DNA of 63,269 nucleotides, filler included, from Rhabdomonas costata (GCA_019059605.1; 52 parts of 52 records of this genome joined end to end with filler, not necessarily neighbours in it), one strand, 5' to 3'; shown: positions 37,544 to 50,274, counted from the whole stretch's first letter. Numbers and translations are program-made. The notes: a model not told the origin generated them from the letters alone.

Positions 37544-37943
37544 GTCTTTGATTGTTGGGTTGGTTCCAGGATATTGAAACAGACTTTTATTTAGCACGGA
37601 GCTCCACGATGGACGCGGTGGGGTTGTGGAACCCAGGATCTTCACCGACTTGTTTGTGAAGAGGTTGAAGATGCTGGGCCCCACCACCCNNNNNNNNNNN
37701 NNNNNNNNNNNNNNNNNNNNNNNNNNNNNNNNNTTAATTAATTAANNNNNNNNNNNNNNNNNNNNNNNNNNNNNNNNNNNNNNNNNNNNTTGTTTTGTGT
37801 GCGAAAGTGTGAGCTTTGGTCTGAAAAGTCGGTTTGAAAAAGGATAGTAATGGAACACATCAATCGTGCTGAGTACAGCAGCTAGCAACTTTCTTGAAAC
37901 CCCTCTCCGCTGCAGCCCTTCTTCTTCCCTCATAGGCAAACAC

Positions 37944-38168
37944 CTGCCCGAAGAACCGTGCCGCGTCCATTAGACTTCCGGCGAACGCTACGGTGCCCTC
38001 CTCCATTACCACGACCTTGTCGAAGCAACGGTAGACCTCAGGCGGGGGCTGCTGCACGGTCATTACGACAGTGGTGCGAAGGGTGCGGCACCAGATCTTC
38101 AGTGCGGAGATGATATCGCAGGTCGTCGCGCTGTCCAGGCCATCGGTAAGGTGGTCCGCCAGCAGAAC
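37944..38168 (-). CDS. ABCG/PDR-type ABC transporter nucleotide-binding domain exon
   Basis: VLLADHLTDGLDSATTCDII...TVQQPPPEVYRCFDKVVVMEEGTVAFAG with aag/gt borders. Confidence 0.88.
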
Positions 38169-39430
38169 CTTCGCAAAGATTGCCACCAAAACAGACAACA
38201 TACAAACACACAAGGTACTTCGTGACACCCCTGAGGTTCAGCGTCCAAAGTCCGACACAACACCGAAGAATAGTGGAGAGTGGAAGAATTGGGCATGGGG
38301 AATGCAGCGGAGGAAAGAGCGAAAGGACGAAAAGGAGGGGGAGGGCACAAAACAGCAACAACAAAACCCTGGGAGTGGGAGAAACGGGGAGTTTCCTGTT
38401 AAAGTGAAAAGAGAGGTGCGGGAGAAATACGGAAATGGGGGGGGGGGCAAAATGCGGTTTGTGGGAAAAAAGAGAGAAGGAGGAATGGGAAAATGTGCGT
38501 GTGTGCTGGATGATTTGAACACAAAGCAAAGGATTTGTCACACTGCCCACAGTGCTTGCATGATGCCATTCCAGTCGTCACTGTGCGTAGCGATCGCTGC
38601 GCACGGGTCTGCATGACCGGTCCACGGACCGGATAGATGGCCAAGTGGTAACGAGAAAGAAAACGCCTAAAACGACCATAAGAAACAGTTGGTTTTGTGG
38701 ACCCACTAGCAATGCAATATAGACGAAACCTGTCCTGCTTTGCAAGAATCAAAGAAACGAAATATCGTGCGCCACCACACCTCCGCATCCTCACTCTGAC
38801 TGGAGCATCAGCAGCCTTCTCTCAAGCTTCATCTACAGTTGTGCTTTCTGCCGTGACAAGTCTCCTCCAAACTGCCAGCCACTGACCCCAAAATCTGACC
38901 CACAAACANNNNNNNNNNNNNNNNNNNNNNNNNNNNNNNNNNNNNNNNNNNNTTAATTAATTAANNNNNNNNNNNNNNNNNNNNNNNNNNNNNNNNNNNN
39001 NNNNNNNNTTTTTGTTTGTTTTTTCTTTTACCCGTACTTGTGGCGAGTCATCGGGAAGAGTATGACGTCGGTCATGGGATGCGAAGACGTTTAATGGGTT
39101 GCGGCTCCCATTCTCTTTCCGGTCTTTGCATTGTAGCCATGACTGTGGCTGCATTTCCGATCGTAACGATTGTATAAGAAGTGAACTGCAAATACAGACC
39201 AGAAGTCTCTCTGCTGTGTGATGCTTGCATTCAAAAATACTTCTGTTTGCTAACGCGATTATAGGGAAAAGAAGAAGCTTTCGTACTTCTCACGATATAT
39301 GTGCGAAGGGAATTCAAGAAAGCAATTCAGGGATGAGACCACCGCAATACTGACATGCTCAAGTATTACTTCATTTGAGGTGAGTGATTAATGCTATTGT
39401 GTCGGTAAACCCTTCCTCATACTCTCACAG

Positions 39431-40065
39431 GTGGCCTCGTTTCACAACTGCAGCTTTGACGAGGCTTTCACGCGAATGGCCGCCGGGCTGGGGCGCGGTG
39501 AGAGTTACTGCCAGATTAACGTCATCCTGAACTACGCGTGGTACTTCCAGAGGGAGCACTACGCCTGGCACCTCCAGAGCGTGCTGGGCTCGGAGCACCG
39601 CAACGGCAGCTTCAACACGCCACATATCCGTCTGGGCACTCATGCGAGGTGGGGTGGTGGTTGCGGCGCGAGGGCTCTGCAAGTGTTTTTGGACTTTGCA
39701 AGGTCGCAATGGAAGGTTTGCAATGATACGTTTAAGTTGCCCACACTGTGGCAGCTTTGCATTCATCAACAGAAATGTTCGGTGGACAAGTTATGAAAAA
39801 TCTGTTCAATTGTATTCTCCGAAGTTGTCGAGATTTTGTATAAAAGGCATCCCCTGTTCTGTGCGAAAGGCGAATCGAGGGTCGAGGACGTGGGCAATGG
39901 TTTTTTATAGGGGCCTGACTTCCGGAGCGATCCACAGCTTTCTGATGGAGGGTTATTGCTATGGCTGCATGCACCTTGAGAACTGTGTCCAGAAGGCCGT
40001 GGGACAGGAGTACAGCAGCCGCCGGGTGCTCCACCAGTCTGTACTGCACAATTGGGACCACACCG
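39431..40065 (+). CDS. Hypothetical protein, partial; exons 39431-39648 and 39911-40065
   Basis: Two GC-rich exons join in frame across a GT-AG intron (…YCQINVILNYAWYFQREHYAWH…LMEGYCY). Family not securely identified. Confidence 0.65.
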
Positions 40066-40243
40066 GTACCTCTGAGGCCCCACCCCAATGTCGTCTCACT
40101 GATCCACACATACCCACACCAAAAACANNNNNNNNNNNNNNNNNNNNNNNNNNNNNNNNNNNNNNNNNNNNTTAATTAATTAANNNNNNNNNNNNNNNNN
40201 NNNNNNNNNNNNNNNNNNNNNNNNNNNTGTGGTGGGTGTGGTT

Positions 40244-40245
<2 letters not shown>

Positions 40246-40279
<34 letters not shown>
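40246..40279. repeat. (GT)n microsatellite
   Basis: About 17 GT units read directly. Confidence 0.95.
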
Positions 40280-40280
<1 letters not shown>

Positions 40281-42350
40281 TCTGTGTGTCTTTGCATCGA
40301 CATTTTGCGCTTTTGTAGCCGGCGTTTCAAGCCTCCGTAGGGCCTTCAAGCCCCACGTTCGTGGTGGTGGGCTCTCCGATGGAAAAAAATCCGGGGTCAA
40401 AATTCGGCGATCCTAATTTTTCGAACATAATACCACCCCCCTGAAAATTTTCAATTTTTGGGCCATTGAAAGCTATTTTTGGGCCCTTGGGGCTATAAAA
40501 CAAGTAGTCTTCGAGTCAAGACATTTTGTGGTCACATTATTATTATTAGGACCTTTTTTTGCCTGCTTCGTCGGGACCTTGAAGGGTCAAAAATGGGATT
40601 TCCGGGGTGGACAAAATCGACCATCCGGAAATCGACCCAACATGACGTTTCTGAAGTTGGCTGTTCCGAAAAACGCGCTTTTATGCGGATTTGAGGATTA
40701 TTGAGGCTCTGAGGACGGATTTTGGGGGCAAAAAGCCTTTAAAAGGGGGCATTTTGGCGTCGAAAAGGGCTTCAAAAAGGGGTGGAAATGAGGGAACTCC
40801 GGATAAAGTGGATAAAGTGGTGTTTTGGTTGGTTGCAATAGCGGCAAAACACGGGTGCCCCCATGGCGGGCCGGGCAATTGGTGCCACCTGCCCGTTCGG
40901 ACGTCGGACAAAGAAGTCTAAAGACAAAAAACCACCGAAGCGCATGGCAGCCGCAGAAGAGGAAAACTTTACGACCAAAAAGGTTGAACGTTAAAATACT
41001 CCTGCTTTTTCGAATTGACATCCAACCGCCACCGCCCCATACACATTCGCTGCCGGCGGGCGGCGTCCCTGGCGCTCCACGTCGCCGCGGCGCCTGTGCC
41101 TGGTACCGGTTCACAGCCGACGTCTGGAACGAAAGTGGTTAGCGACAATTTGTACATAGAAAATCACGGAGAGACTCTGCTTTGAGAAGATTGAAGAGAT
41201 CACGAAAGATGCAACATGCAGTCGGCTTGTATGATTGTATTATGCGAATATGTAAATTTAACTCGTGTGCATTTTAATCATCCAGTTTTATCCACGAGAA
41301 TACTGTCGGCGAACGGGGTCTCCGTGATTCGTATTTGTCCAAAAAAAAACANNNNNNNNNNNNNNNNNNNNNNNNNNNNNNNNNNNNNNNNNNNNTTAAT
41401 TAATTAANNNNNNNNNNNNNNNNNNNNNNNNNNNNNNNNNNNNNNNNNNNNGTGTTTGCAGGGCCACCCAACAAAGGCGGAGCATGATACTCCTGGTGAG
41501 AGCGGAAAGAGCAAAGGTAGGGGGGGGTTAATTCAAAAGGAAAGGAGAGGCCCAGCTCGTTTGAGGAGCTTCTTCCAACAAGTTCGCATTATGAACATGC
41601 ACACGCAGCCCCCTGAGAGAAATCATGGAACAAGCCTCACGTATACCAGTATGAGGAACAAAAGGAAAAGTGGGACCCAACATTTTTGCATTCACGTCCA
41701 GGTTTCCGAGTGCTTTACGGAAGCTCACATGAGACCATTTTGCTGGATTTCTGCTTGCATGAGGAGGAGATGACCTAATGATTTCATACAATGCTGACCA
41801 GCGATTCACCAATGGATCACAATGAGCCTGAGGTGCACCAAAACCACACTCAAAACCCAACACAAACCGTGAACCCTCCTCCGCAGAAAAACACGGTTGG
41901 CACATAGAGCTTCAAGGCACGCACAATCTCTGAGTTTGTGGAGTGCATGGCCATCTAGAATAAACCAGCCTTCTTCAAGATGTTCGGCGGACCACCTTAT
42001 CATAGCCTGCTTGCAAAAAGCTCCACATGATGGATTGCGAAATTGCACGAAGTAAGGTTTCATCCTGGACACACGATACAGACTGATGAAGGGTTGAAGC
42101 ATCAAGCACGAGGATTCAGCACACCCAAGATCACGTCAAGAAACGTCGATGAGCCCGGGTTCAACTCTACGCCACAGCCAATAAAACCTTAGAAAACGAG
42201 GAACTCACGATGTCTATCCTCTAGCTACTCGATACATTGGTTGAATTGAGAGAACTTGTGCGTCAAGGGCTCTCAGATCTAAACCTGTGAAGCCCCACAA
42301 TGCCAAGTAGTCCCCCTCACAGCACCCTTCCCCCTCTCCGCCGCAATTAC

Positions 42351-42458
42351 CGATACAGCAGTCCTTCACGTCACACGGAACAGAAGAGCACACGATGCTG
42401 CCGTTCTTGGCGATGTACCCCGTGGGGCAGCTGTAGGTTCCACAGGTGAGGTTCGCAG
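42351..42458 (-). CDS. Cys-rich repeat module exon (108 nt, phase 1-1)
   Basis: cag|.ANLTCGTYSCPTGYIAKNGSIVCSSVPCDVKDCCI-G|gtaatt. Confidence 0.8.
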
Positions 42459-44221
42459 CTGCAGACACAACAGGTACAGAAACATAAAATGCCGGGCACC
42501 CTTCGAAGCAAAAGCACACGCTGGACAACAACGCTGGACAAGATCAGACTGGACCAGAAAAAAACCCACCNNNNNNNNNNNNNNNNNNNNNNNNNNNNNN
42601 NNNNNNNNNNNNNNTTAATTAATTAANNNNNNNNNNNNNNNNNNNNNNNNNNNNNNNNNNNNNNNNNNNNGGGGTGGGGTCTCGCTGAGGGTACCAACCC
42701 ACGTCCCCCTCAGCGAGACCCCATCCCCGCAGCTACGCCGACGCGCTGCGCCGTCGCCCATCCCCACCACCACCGCGCAATTCTCGGGGCGCCATCCGGC
42801 CCCCAAGAAAGCACACGGCTCCCCGTGTGTGTGGTGTGTGTGTGTGGATGGGCACGGCGCACACCCTCCCCCCAATGCCCGTCGTGTCGTCCAGCACGAA
42901 CAGCGGCACAGTGAACGCGCCAAAAAACCAACAGGTTTGCAGAACAAGCAGCACAAGGACACGCCAAATCACACCGCGCCAAGGCGCCATGTGTGTGTGA
43001 CCTGCTTCATGTCATTACATGCACGCATCACACTTATACTAACCAACCAGTGCTTCGAGTAATTTGAGCAGTGTCGTCGAGAAGTTGTGAGATTGCTGTT
43101 ACCATCTCCAATTACACCACCACCTCAATCACTCTACCTTTTGTGGGTTGAGTGGGTCTGTTTTACACAAGCCACTGTGGTTCGTCAGACGGTCAAGTAC
43201 AAAAAGCTAATAACACACACATTTGTTGCGGGTTCACTTCAACCATAAAGGTGGTAATGTACCAATCATGTGTTGAGTCACGCGCTCATTTGCAAAGCCT
43301 TACCTTTGTACTTGCTTGCTTGTTTCATCACGTGGTTCATATTGGGTAAGTCAATTGGTAACAGTGATGACAAAGACGCATAACTTCAGTTGTCAACAAT
43401 ATTACCATGGTAAAATGGAGCTATATTCGATAATGCGATGGCCAGTATGATCCGCCGCTGAAGTGGCTTACACTTACGCGTTTGATACCACAGATATCCA
43501 GTAATTCCAACCCAAAGACCACAAAGCCCAACAGTGACACCAATTACTACAAAAACACTGCAGCCAACCCAAAACACCAGAGATAACCAAACAAACCCAA
43601 GGAGCACACACAGCACCACTATTTATCCAACTCCAAATAACACTATGCTCACCACAGCACCTGAAACCCATCGTCAGCACCAACAAGACTAGCCAAACCA
43701 GACACAACATGACTAACACACCAACCTAAGCAACATCCCCAACAATGATATTGACCCAAACAAGACGAAACCACCAAATGCAAGTACANNNNNNNNNNNN
43801 NNNNNNNNNNNNNNNNNNNNNNNNNNNNNNNNTTAATTAATTAANNNNNNNNNNNNNNNNNNNNNNNNNNNNNNNNNNNNNNNNNNNNGTTGGGGGTGCT
43901 GACTGAGGAATCTCGAGTCTCGAGTAGTTGTAAACCTTGAGATGATGGCGAAAAAGGTCTTTCTAGAGGTATCGCCCCTTTCTATTGATCTGGTAACAGC
44001 ATTGATTTCCGCCTCTCTTGTTTCACTTCCCCTCGTTTCGCTGCTGTTCCCTCAGCTACTACAGGGACCGGCACTCCGGCTGGCGTAGGGTGACCCTCCC
44101 AGCCCACACGACCCTCCCTGCGGTTTAAGCGTTCTGTGACTTGGGGCACGTTACTCAAAGAAATTCATCGTTGTACCCTCCTCCATGTGGAAGGCACGCG
44201 CCAGCGCGCACACACACAAAC

Positions 44222-44562
44222 CCTCATAGATGTGTTGTAATATCCAGCGACGACGAGGTCGTCATCCATCCGGCTGGTCCACTTCGTGTCCTCCCAAAGC
44301 GCATGCTCCGTCATCGGGCACAGCGGACAGTCCCGCGACATCTCAGTGGCCGGCCACATCGTCTGGTTGAACCCCGTGTCGTTGTTGCTCACGGACCAGT
44401 ATAGGTCGCCACTCACGGCCTCCGTTGTCACGGAGAGCATCTCCCCAGTGCCCAGCCCCAGCAACGTGGCCGTGCCCCTCATCTCGGAGAGCTGCCGCAT
44501 ACTCATCATCCGAGTCAGAATAATTTTCCGCAGGTCCTCCGGACAGGAGTTTCCATCCAGTT
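44222..44562 (-). CDS. Hypothetical protein exon, possibly an extracellular receptor domain
   Basis: GC3-rich open frame with cag/gt borders and N-glycosylation sequons NDT, NQT and NTS. Confidence 0.55.
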
Positions 44563-45588
44563 CTGGGGAGAAGATTTCGAAGCAGACCAAAACAAACAAA
44601 GCAAATGGAGAACTGATGTTGTGGGGTTCGAAAGTGGAATCAGCTACAGCAACGACTGGTAACGGTGAACGCTGCTAAGGAAGTCCTTTTTATGGCAGGA
44701 ATGGGTAAAACTTTCCAGCACTCTCCAAAGAATTTTCATCCAGTGTACACGATAAGGTGAACTGTGCTCAAGTGCTCATAGGCGAGTATTCTTGGTCAGC
44801 GAATCAAGATGCTCCGGATGCTCCCCAACGACTAGCCAAAAGAAGGGAATTGGCGACCGAGTGGGACAACATTGAAAAGAAAAGAAGTCCAGAGACGCAT
44901 CCAACCTGCAGCGCCGGACAAAACCGCAGGGCAGAGGTCGATTCTCCAGTTACTGGCCAACCACCCCGACAGAATCACTACTTTTGAAGCGGGCTCCCCC
45001 CACCACCNNNNNNNNNNNNNNNNNNNNNNNNNNNNNNNNNNNNNNNNNNNNTTAATTAATTAANNNNNNNNNNNNNNNNNNNNNNNNNNNNNNNNNNNNN
45101 NNNNNNNGGTGGGGGTGGGTAGGGCTTTCTTTTTTTGCTGTGCTCACTATGTGTTGCGTGCGCGCGTGTCTGTGAACTGAATAAATTTTCGGATGTTTTT
45201 GTTGCAATTTATAAATGAATACGGTGGGACATGGTTGTTTGAGGGTATTATCTGTAAAGCCAAAGAGCCAGCCATTATTCCGTATGTGTGTTTTTGGACG
45301 GCATTCTTGCGGCAGCCTCGGACCAAATTGTTGTCCTCGCTGAGCCAATTGTTGTTTTTGTTCTGCTCGATCGCGACCAGCACGGGCGTTGGAATGAATG
45401 AGGGTTCGATCCGACTTCCGACATCCACGCGCGAAAACTTCCTGCGAAGTTTGGCACACACTGCGCCGCTTTGCGTGACTGTTCACCTCTTCGCCGTCGC
45501 GGTCAAGTCTCAGGAGCTTCCTCTTGTGTGCTGTTTGTGTGCCTCTGTCTGTGGGATAGTCTGTGGGGCTGTGCAAATCGGGGCTTAG

Positions 45589-45763
45589 ATTTGAGGAGGT
45601 GGTGGGCAATGCCGACGCGGGGTTCGCGCAGTTCTCGGCGGAGATGGTGCTGCGGGCGTGCATCCTGGCGGGGTGTGACTACCTTCCCAGCCTGCCCGGG
45701 ATTGGTGTCAAGACTGCGCAGAAGCTGGTCCGCCAGCACGGCAGCCTGGAGAACGTGCTGCAG
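45589..45763 (+). CDS. EXO1: Exonuclease 1 (XPG/Rad2 family) H3TH exon
   Basis: CILAGCDYLPSLPGIGVKTAQKLVRQH. The donor is either GC after 45763 or GT after 45767. Confidence 0.85.
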
Positions 45764-45873
45764 GCCTGTGCGTGTGTGCACACGCTCAGAACCGTTACCG
45801 AGCACCACCATGCAATGCCAAACAGGGGCCTCACTCCGATTTCGACCGTTTGTGGTTTGATTTTTGGTGTTGA

Positions 45874-46108
45874 CCACACGTCAGAGGCATGCGCCCCACC
45901 ATGGCAGTGATTCCATGGGAATCTTTTGGACGCAGCCAAGAGGTTTCATGAAAACGGTTTTTACGAGCGTGGATGACAGCAGATTTTTGGTATTGACTCC
46001 ACACGTCAGAGGCATGCGCCCCACCATGGCAGTGATTCCATGGGAATCTTTTGGACACAGCCAAGAGGTTTCATGAAAACGGTTTTTTACCAGCGTGGAT
46101 GACAGCAG
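45874..46108 (+). repeat. Two-copy tandem repeat, unit about 125 bp, in the intron after the EXO1 exon
   Basis: ccacacgtcagaggcatgcgcccc...ggatgacagcaga starts at 45874 and again at 45999 with few differences. Confidence 0.92.
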
Positions 46109-46895
46109 AGAGCATAGTTAGTATCATTCTCTGTGCCCCCTTCTGGGAGTATCGTGCTGCCACCATACGTTCCCTCCCTTCTGTCTCCTGTGTACTCCAA
46201 AGGCCCTGCTCACTGACCCCAAAAANNNNNNNNNNNNNNNNNNNNNNNNNNNNNNNNNNNNNNNNNNNNTTAATTAATTAANNNNNNNNNNNNNNNNNNN
46301 NNNNNNNNNNNNNNNNNNNNNNNNNCCGATACCACGTCCTCTACGCTGTTCAAGTTTGTTTTTATTTTTTCAAGTTTCTTGGGGGTTTTTTTTTTGCGAA
46401 TGGAATGACGAAAAAGTTAACGGAGCTAATGTATGGAGGTGCCGAGTGTGTCTTCGGGCCATTTTAAGGGATATTTTTTGGGGGGGGGTGCTGTATTTTT
46501 GGGGACACGTGTAATTCGCTCCATGTGCTATACAGACAGTCAACAGGAAACCCTATGCAATCGCTCCCCCCCCCCAAGGACCCAAAGAAAAACGCGGACT
46601 AGCCAGATTTCACTGAACGAAACAGCTGTGCTAGAAGAGAGGGGGGGGGGTGATAATGAACACCTTTTCCTTCAGATCAAGACAGCTTCTGATCACAACA
46701 TAGTCAGTTCTGAGTTCCTCAGAATACATGTGTCGTGTTTTTGCCTTTTTCTGGCACTTCTCCGGTTCGCATTTGCTTCTCTTTCTTTTGCTCGTCAACC
46801 ATACCAAACGGAAGACGGAAGTGGGGTGGAGGTAGATTGGGCGGAGGTTGTTCTGTGGTGGCGACGGAGTGTGTGTGGGCACGGTGTGGGGGCAG

Positions 46896-46961
46896 GCGGG
46901 TGTGACAACGACCGCGAGCTCAGCTGCATGTTCTCCCTCTCCCTGGACCTGCACCGCCACG
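46896..46961 (+). CDS. Small 66-nt exon of an unknown protein
   Basis: cag|.GCDNDRELSCMFSLSLDLHRH.|gtatgg with GC3-rich codons. Confidence 0.4.
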
Positions 46962-47889
46962 GTATGGTGTATTTCCTACTTTCCCGTCGGTCTTCCTTTC
47001 CCTATCACCATTCTCGGGGAACTGTGCCCTCTGTCGCGTTTTTGTCGATCGACGTCTTGTTCTGTGGCCCATTGGCAGCTAAATTACGTTTGGGTTGGGT
47101 ATGCTTTGCTCTGTACTCTAGGCATGGTTTTTTTTCCTAGAACTAGAATCGTCGTCATTTTTCGACCCTGTGAAAGTGGTGCATCCGCAGAAGTGGAGGT
47201 TGATTATGTTTTTTCTGCCCCTGCCGCATGAGTTCGAACCCCGACAGCATTTTGGCGACAACTCGTGTTCGTGCATTGCGTGCATTGTAAACAAGCTGTC
47301 TTTCCGCGTCTCAGGTATGAGTCTCATCGTGTTAGCATTAGTGAGAAAGGGCTCCTTGAGATGGGATGACAGACACTTTGACACTTTTATAACGCCCAGC
47401 TCGCTAACATAAAAAGAAGCGCTCACCCATTTCTCAATGGGACNNNNNNNNNNNNNNNNNNNNNNNNNNNNNNNNNNNNNNNNNNNNTTAATTAATTAAN
47501 NNNNNNNNNNNNNNNNNNNNNNNNNNNNNNNNNNNNNNNNNNNTGTGTTGGGTGTGGGTGGTGTTGGTTGTCAAAACCCCATTATTCAATGAATTCAATA
47601 CAATTCAATGCAGCTTCCTTAATGCGTCCCTTAAATAGTGAAACAAACTGCATTTTCAGAGTACAACGTTTGGGAGCTAAATAGCTGCGTCTGACTGACC
47701 CCGTAACAACTGCAACAGAAGTGACTTGACGTCTAGCCATATTTTTGGTTTTCCCCCCTTGCGCCAATGACATGACCCACAAGGAGGAAAGTGATCAACT
47801 CCACCAAACAAAAGCAAGAAGCACATGGCGTCTCCCACAAAAAAGTCTCCAGGGTGGGCACGTTGGCAGGCACTGTATCATCACTGTAT

Positions 47890-48330
47890 CTAGGCTGGAG
47901 GTCCCTCTCGGACCCTTTCCTTGCAAAGAAGGTACCAAAGTACGGGCGCGGGTGCTCCAGGAGTGGCAGAGCCCCTCGCTATCTCCGCGTCAATTTCGCT
48001 CCCTTGTTGAGCTTGTGCCTCGGCGGGCCCCACAGAATCTACACTCAAGGTGCGGCCCAAGGGGTCCCGCTCGCAGTCAGGGCAGCACAGCAGCCGGAAG
48101 CCAGTGGCCGCAATAACGGTGGGCTTCGTGAAGCCAATGTTGTCAAAAGTGAGGGCCTCGCGGACACCCCACCACTGCTCGGAGGTCAGCCCGCCTCCCG
48201 CGGAGTCCAGGGGAAGAAAGAGGGACTGCTGAAGCAAAGTGGCCTTGCGGGCGCGAAGAAGCTTGCAACCGCAAGTAGGGCAGAGAAGCGCGCAGGGATT
48301 CGTCTGCGGGGCGGCCTCAGCCGAGGCCAT
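47890..48330 (-). CDS. RABIF: Mss4/RABIF Rab guanine-nucleotide exchange factor/chaperone, complete and intronless (146 aa)
   Basis: N..LLCPTCGCKLL...WW.V.....FDNIGFTK...LCCPDCERDPLG...YLLCKERV, with ATG at 48330 and TAG at 47890. Confidence 0.9.
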   Translation of the reverse strand: MASAEAAPQTNPCALLCPTCGCKLLRARKATLLQQSLFLPLDSAGGGLTSEQWWGVREALTFDNIGFTKPTVIAATGFRLLCCPDCERDPLGRTLSVDSVGPAEAQAQQGSEIDAEIARGSATPGAPAPVLWYLLCKERVREGPPA

Positions 48331-48769
48331 AATAATGCTTGAGAGAAAGATTTCAGAGTACAACACAAAATGAGCAAATGAAAGCTGACACTGCACTGAC
48401 ATCGAGAACGCACAGCAGAAAACATTTCCGAGTGACAAAAAAAACACTGGAGCAAAACCTTGTCTGTGCATGGCTTTTCGAATTTTGCACATGCACGAGC
48501 GAAGTGTCAAACCCTCTTTTACTGACCACAGAAAACGTCAGGATTAGCGGATTAGTGCTGTCCGTGCATCATTCGTTGCTAATTGAAAAACCAGGGGCCG
48601 CTGCCGAAAAAAACAGGAATATCCAACTTTCACCTGTCCTCATCTGACACAATACCCACCANNNNNNNNNNNNNNNNNNNNNNNNNNNNNNNNNNNNNNN
48701 NNNNNTTAATTAATTAANNNNNNNNNNNNNNNNNNNNNNNNNNNNNNNNNNNNNNNNNNNNTGTGTGGT

Positions 48770-49438
48770 GTTTTTTGTGGGCAAACGCGGCCCACTTGTG
48801 GTGCAGGACGTACAGCGGAGCGGAGAGCAGAGTGGCTTTCCTGAGCTCCTTCCCGCGCTCCTTGAGGTGCATCTTCATGTGCTCCTGCAGCGGCTTGGTG
48901 CTCTGAGCGTGTGTGCGGGTCCGTTTAGGTGTGGGGGAGGACGTGCCAATGAGACCGTCTGCGGCGCCCACTTGACCCGACATACCCCTCCGTTCAAATG
49001 GCAATTGACATTCCACTGAGCCAGGCTGAGGTTTCCTGCCACAGCCCAGCTACAGTGGGATTGAGCATCGATGAGTGGGATTGCGGCGCTCCAGCTGAGC
49101 ACTGGCAGGCTTTGCTTTCACGATAGCCCAGGCAGAGCGAAGGCTGTCCCAGAAAACAGAATGGGGGAAGCTTGGATTAGCAAAGGGTGCAAATGCGAAG
49201 CGCAGCAGACCACATTACAAGGCTGTGTGAATCGGAAAAGAAAACTGCAAACCCAATCCATGTCTGGGCATGTGTGTATTTAGAATAGATAGAGCGAGAC
49301 TGAGCGCGCGCAATGCCACGCACGTCCTTCACAGCCTTCAGGGAGTCCTTCAGGCCGTCCAGAAACTTCTGCGAGGCCTCGTTAGCACTCCGAAGCCCCC
49401 GCTTCTGCTCCTTCAGCCGCTCCACCACGCTCTCGCAT
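48770..49438 (-). CDS. THOC5: THO complex subunit 5-like, partial; exons 49324-49438 and about 48770-48902
   Basis: RLKEQKRGL...KFLDGLKDSLKAVKD-STKPLQEHM...ATLLSAPLYVL matches THOC5 FLxxL..LK..SLP.Q...A.LLP.PLYV. Confidence 0.75.
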
Positions 49439-50169
49439 CTGTGTCCCGAAAAGTGGCCGGGACAGACCTCCGTCACAACGCGCAACCACCCACCGATCCA
49501 ACTGTTTTTTGACATTCTCACATTGACATTCCCATCGTTGGTTTCATTGCTGTCTGAATGTTGTTGCCCTCACGGATGTTCTTCTCATTCACAATTCGCT
49601 TCTCTTTTTCGGGCTAAGCCTGTTTTTAAATCCCTCCTCCCGATCGATCAAGTATTTTTTTTGCCCTCTCACCATGGAATCGAGATATCCAAAGGAAAAG
49701 GTCCTGGAAAACGCCCGCCGGTCAGTGCATTTCCACTTAACCTTCTGCAAAAGCTTTGATCGAAATTCCAGGGGGTACGCGCGGCGCCCTCTACCATCAT
49801 CCACACATTCTGCATGTACGATCGACATATTCGAACCTCCCACATCACCACCACCTTCTGCCACCGAGGACCCACAACCNNNNNNNNNNNNNNNNNNNNN
49901 NNNNNNNNNNNNNNNNNNNNNNNTTAATTAATTAANNNNNNNNNNNNNNNNNNNNNNNNNNNNNNNNNNNNNNNNNNNNGGGCTTTGGAAATGTTTCGCT
50001 TTTCTGAGCCAACACGAGAGAGTGCCTGGAGCGTTAAAAGGCTAAGTGCAGGATCCCTACCCCTCTGTTTTCACTCTACGTCGCGTTGCCTCCAGTTTTA
50101 TGACTTTAGGCTAATCAGGCGTCACATCCACGGGATATGATGTTGCCATACAAATGGGAAGAGGCGTAC

Positions 50170-50274
50170 CGAGGCAGCAGTCTGCGGTGGTGCACGTTAG
50201 CGAGGGGCAAACCGCACCCGCGGGCTTCGGGACGTACCCAGTGGGGCAGGCGTACGCCGAGCATGTCGGAAGGG
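50170..50274 (-). CDS. Cys-rich repeat module exon (105 nt, phase 1-1)
   Basis: cag|.LPTCSAYACPTGYVPKPAGAVCPSLTCTTADCCL-G|gtacgc. Confidence 0.8.
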
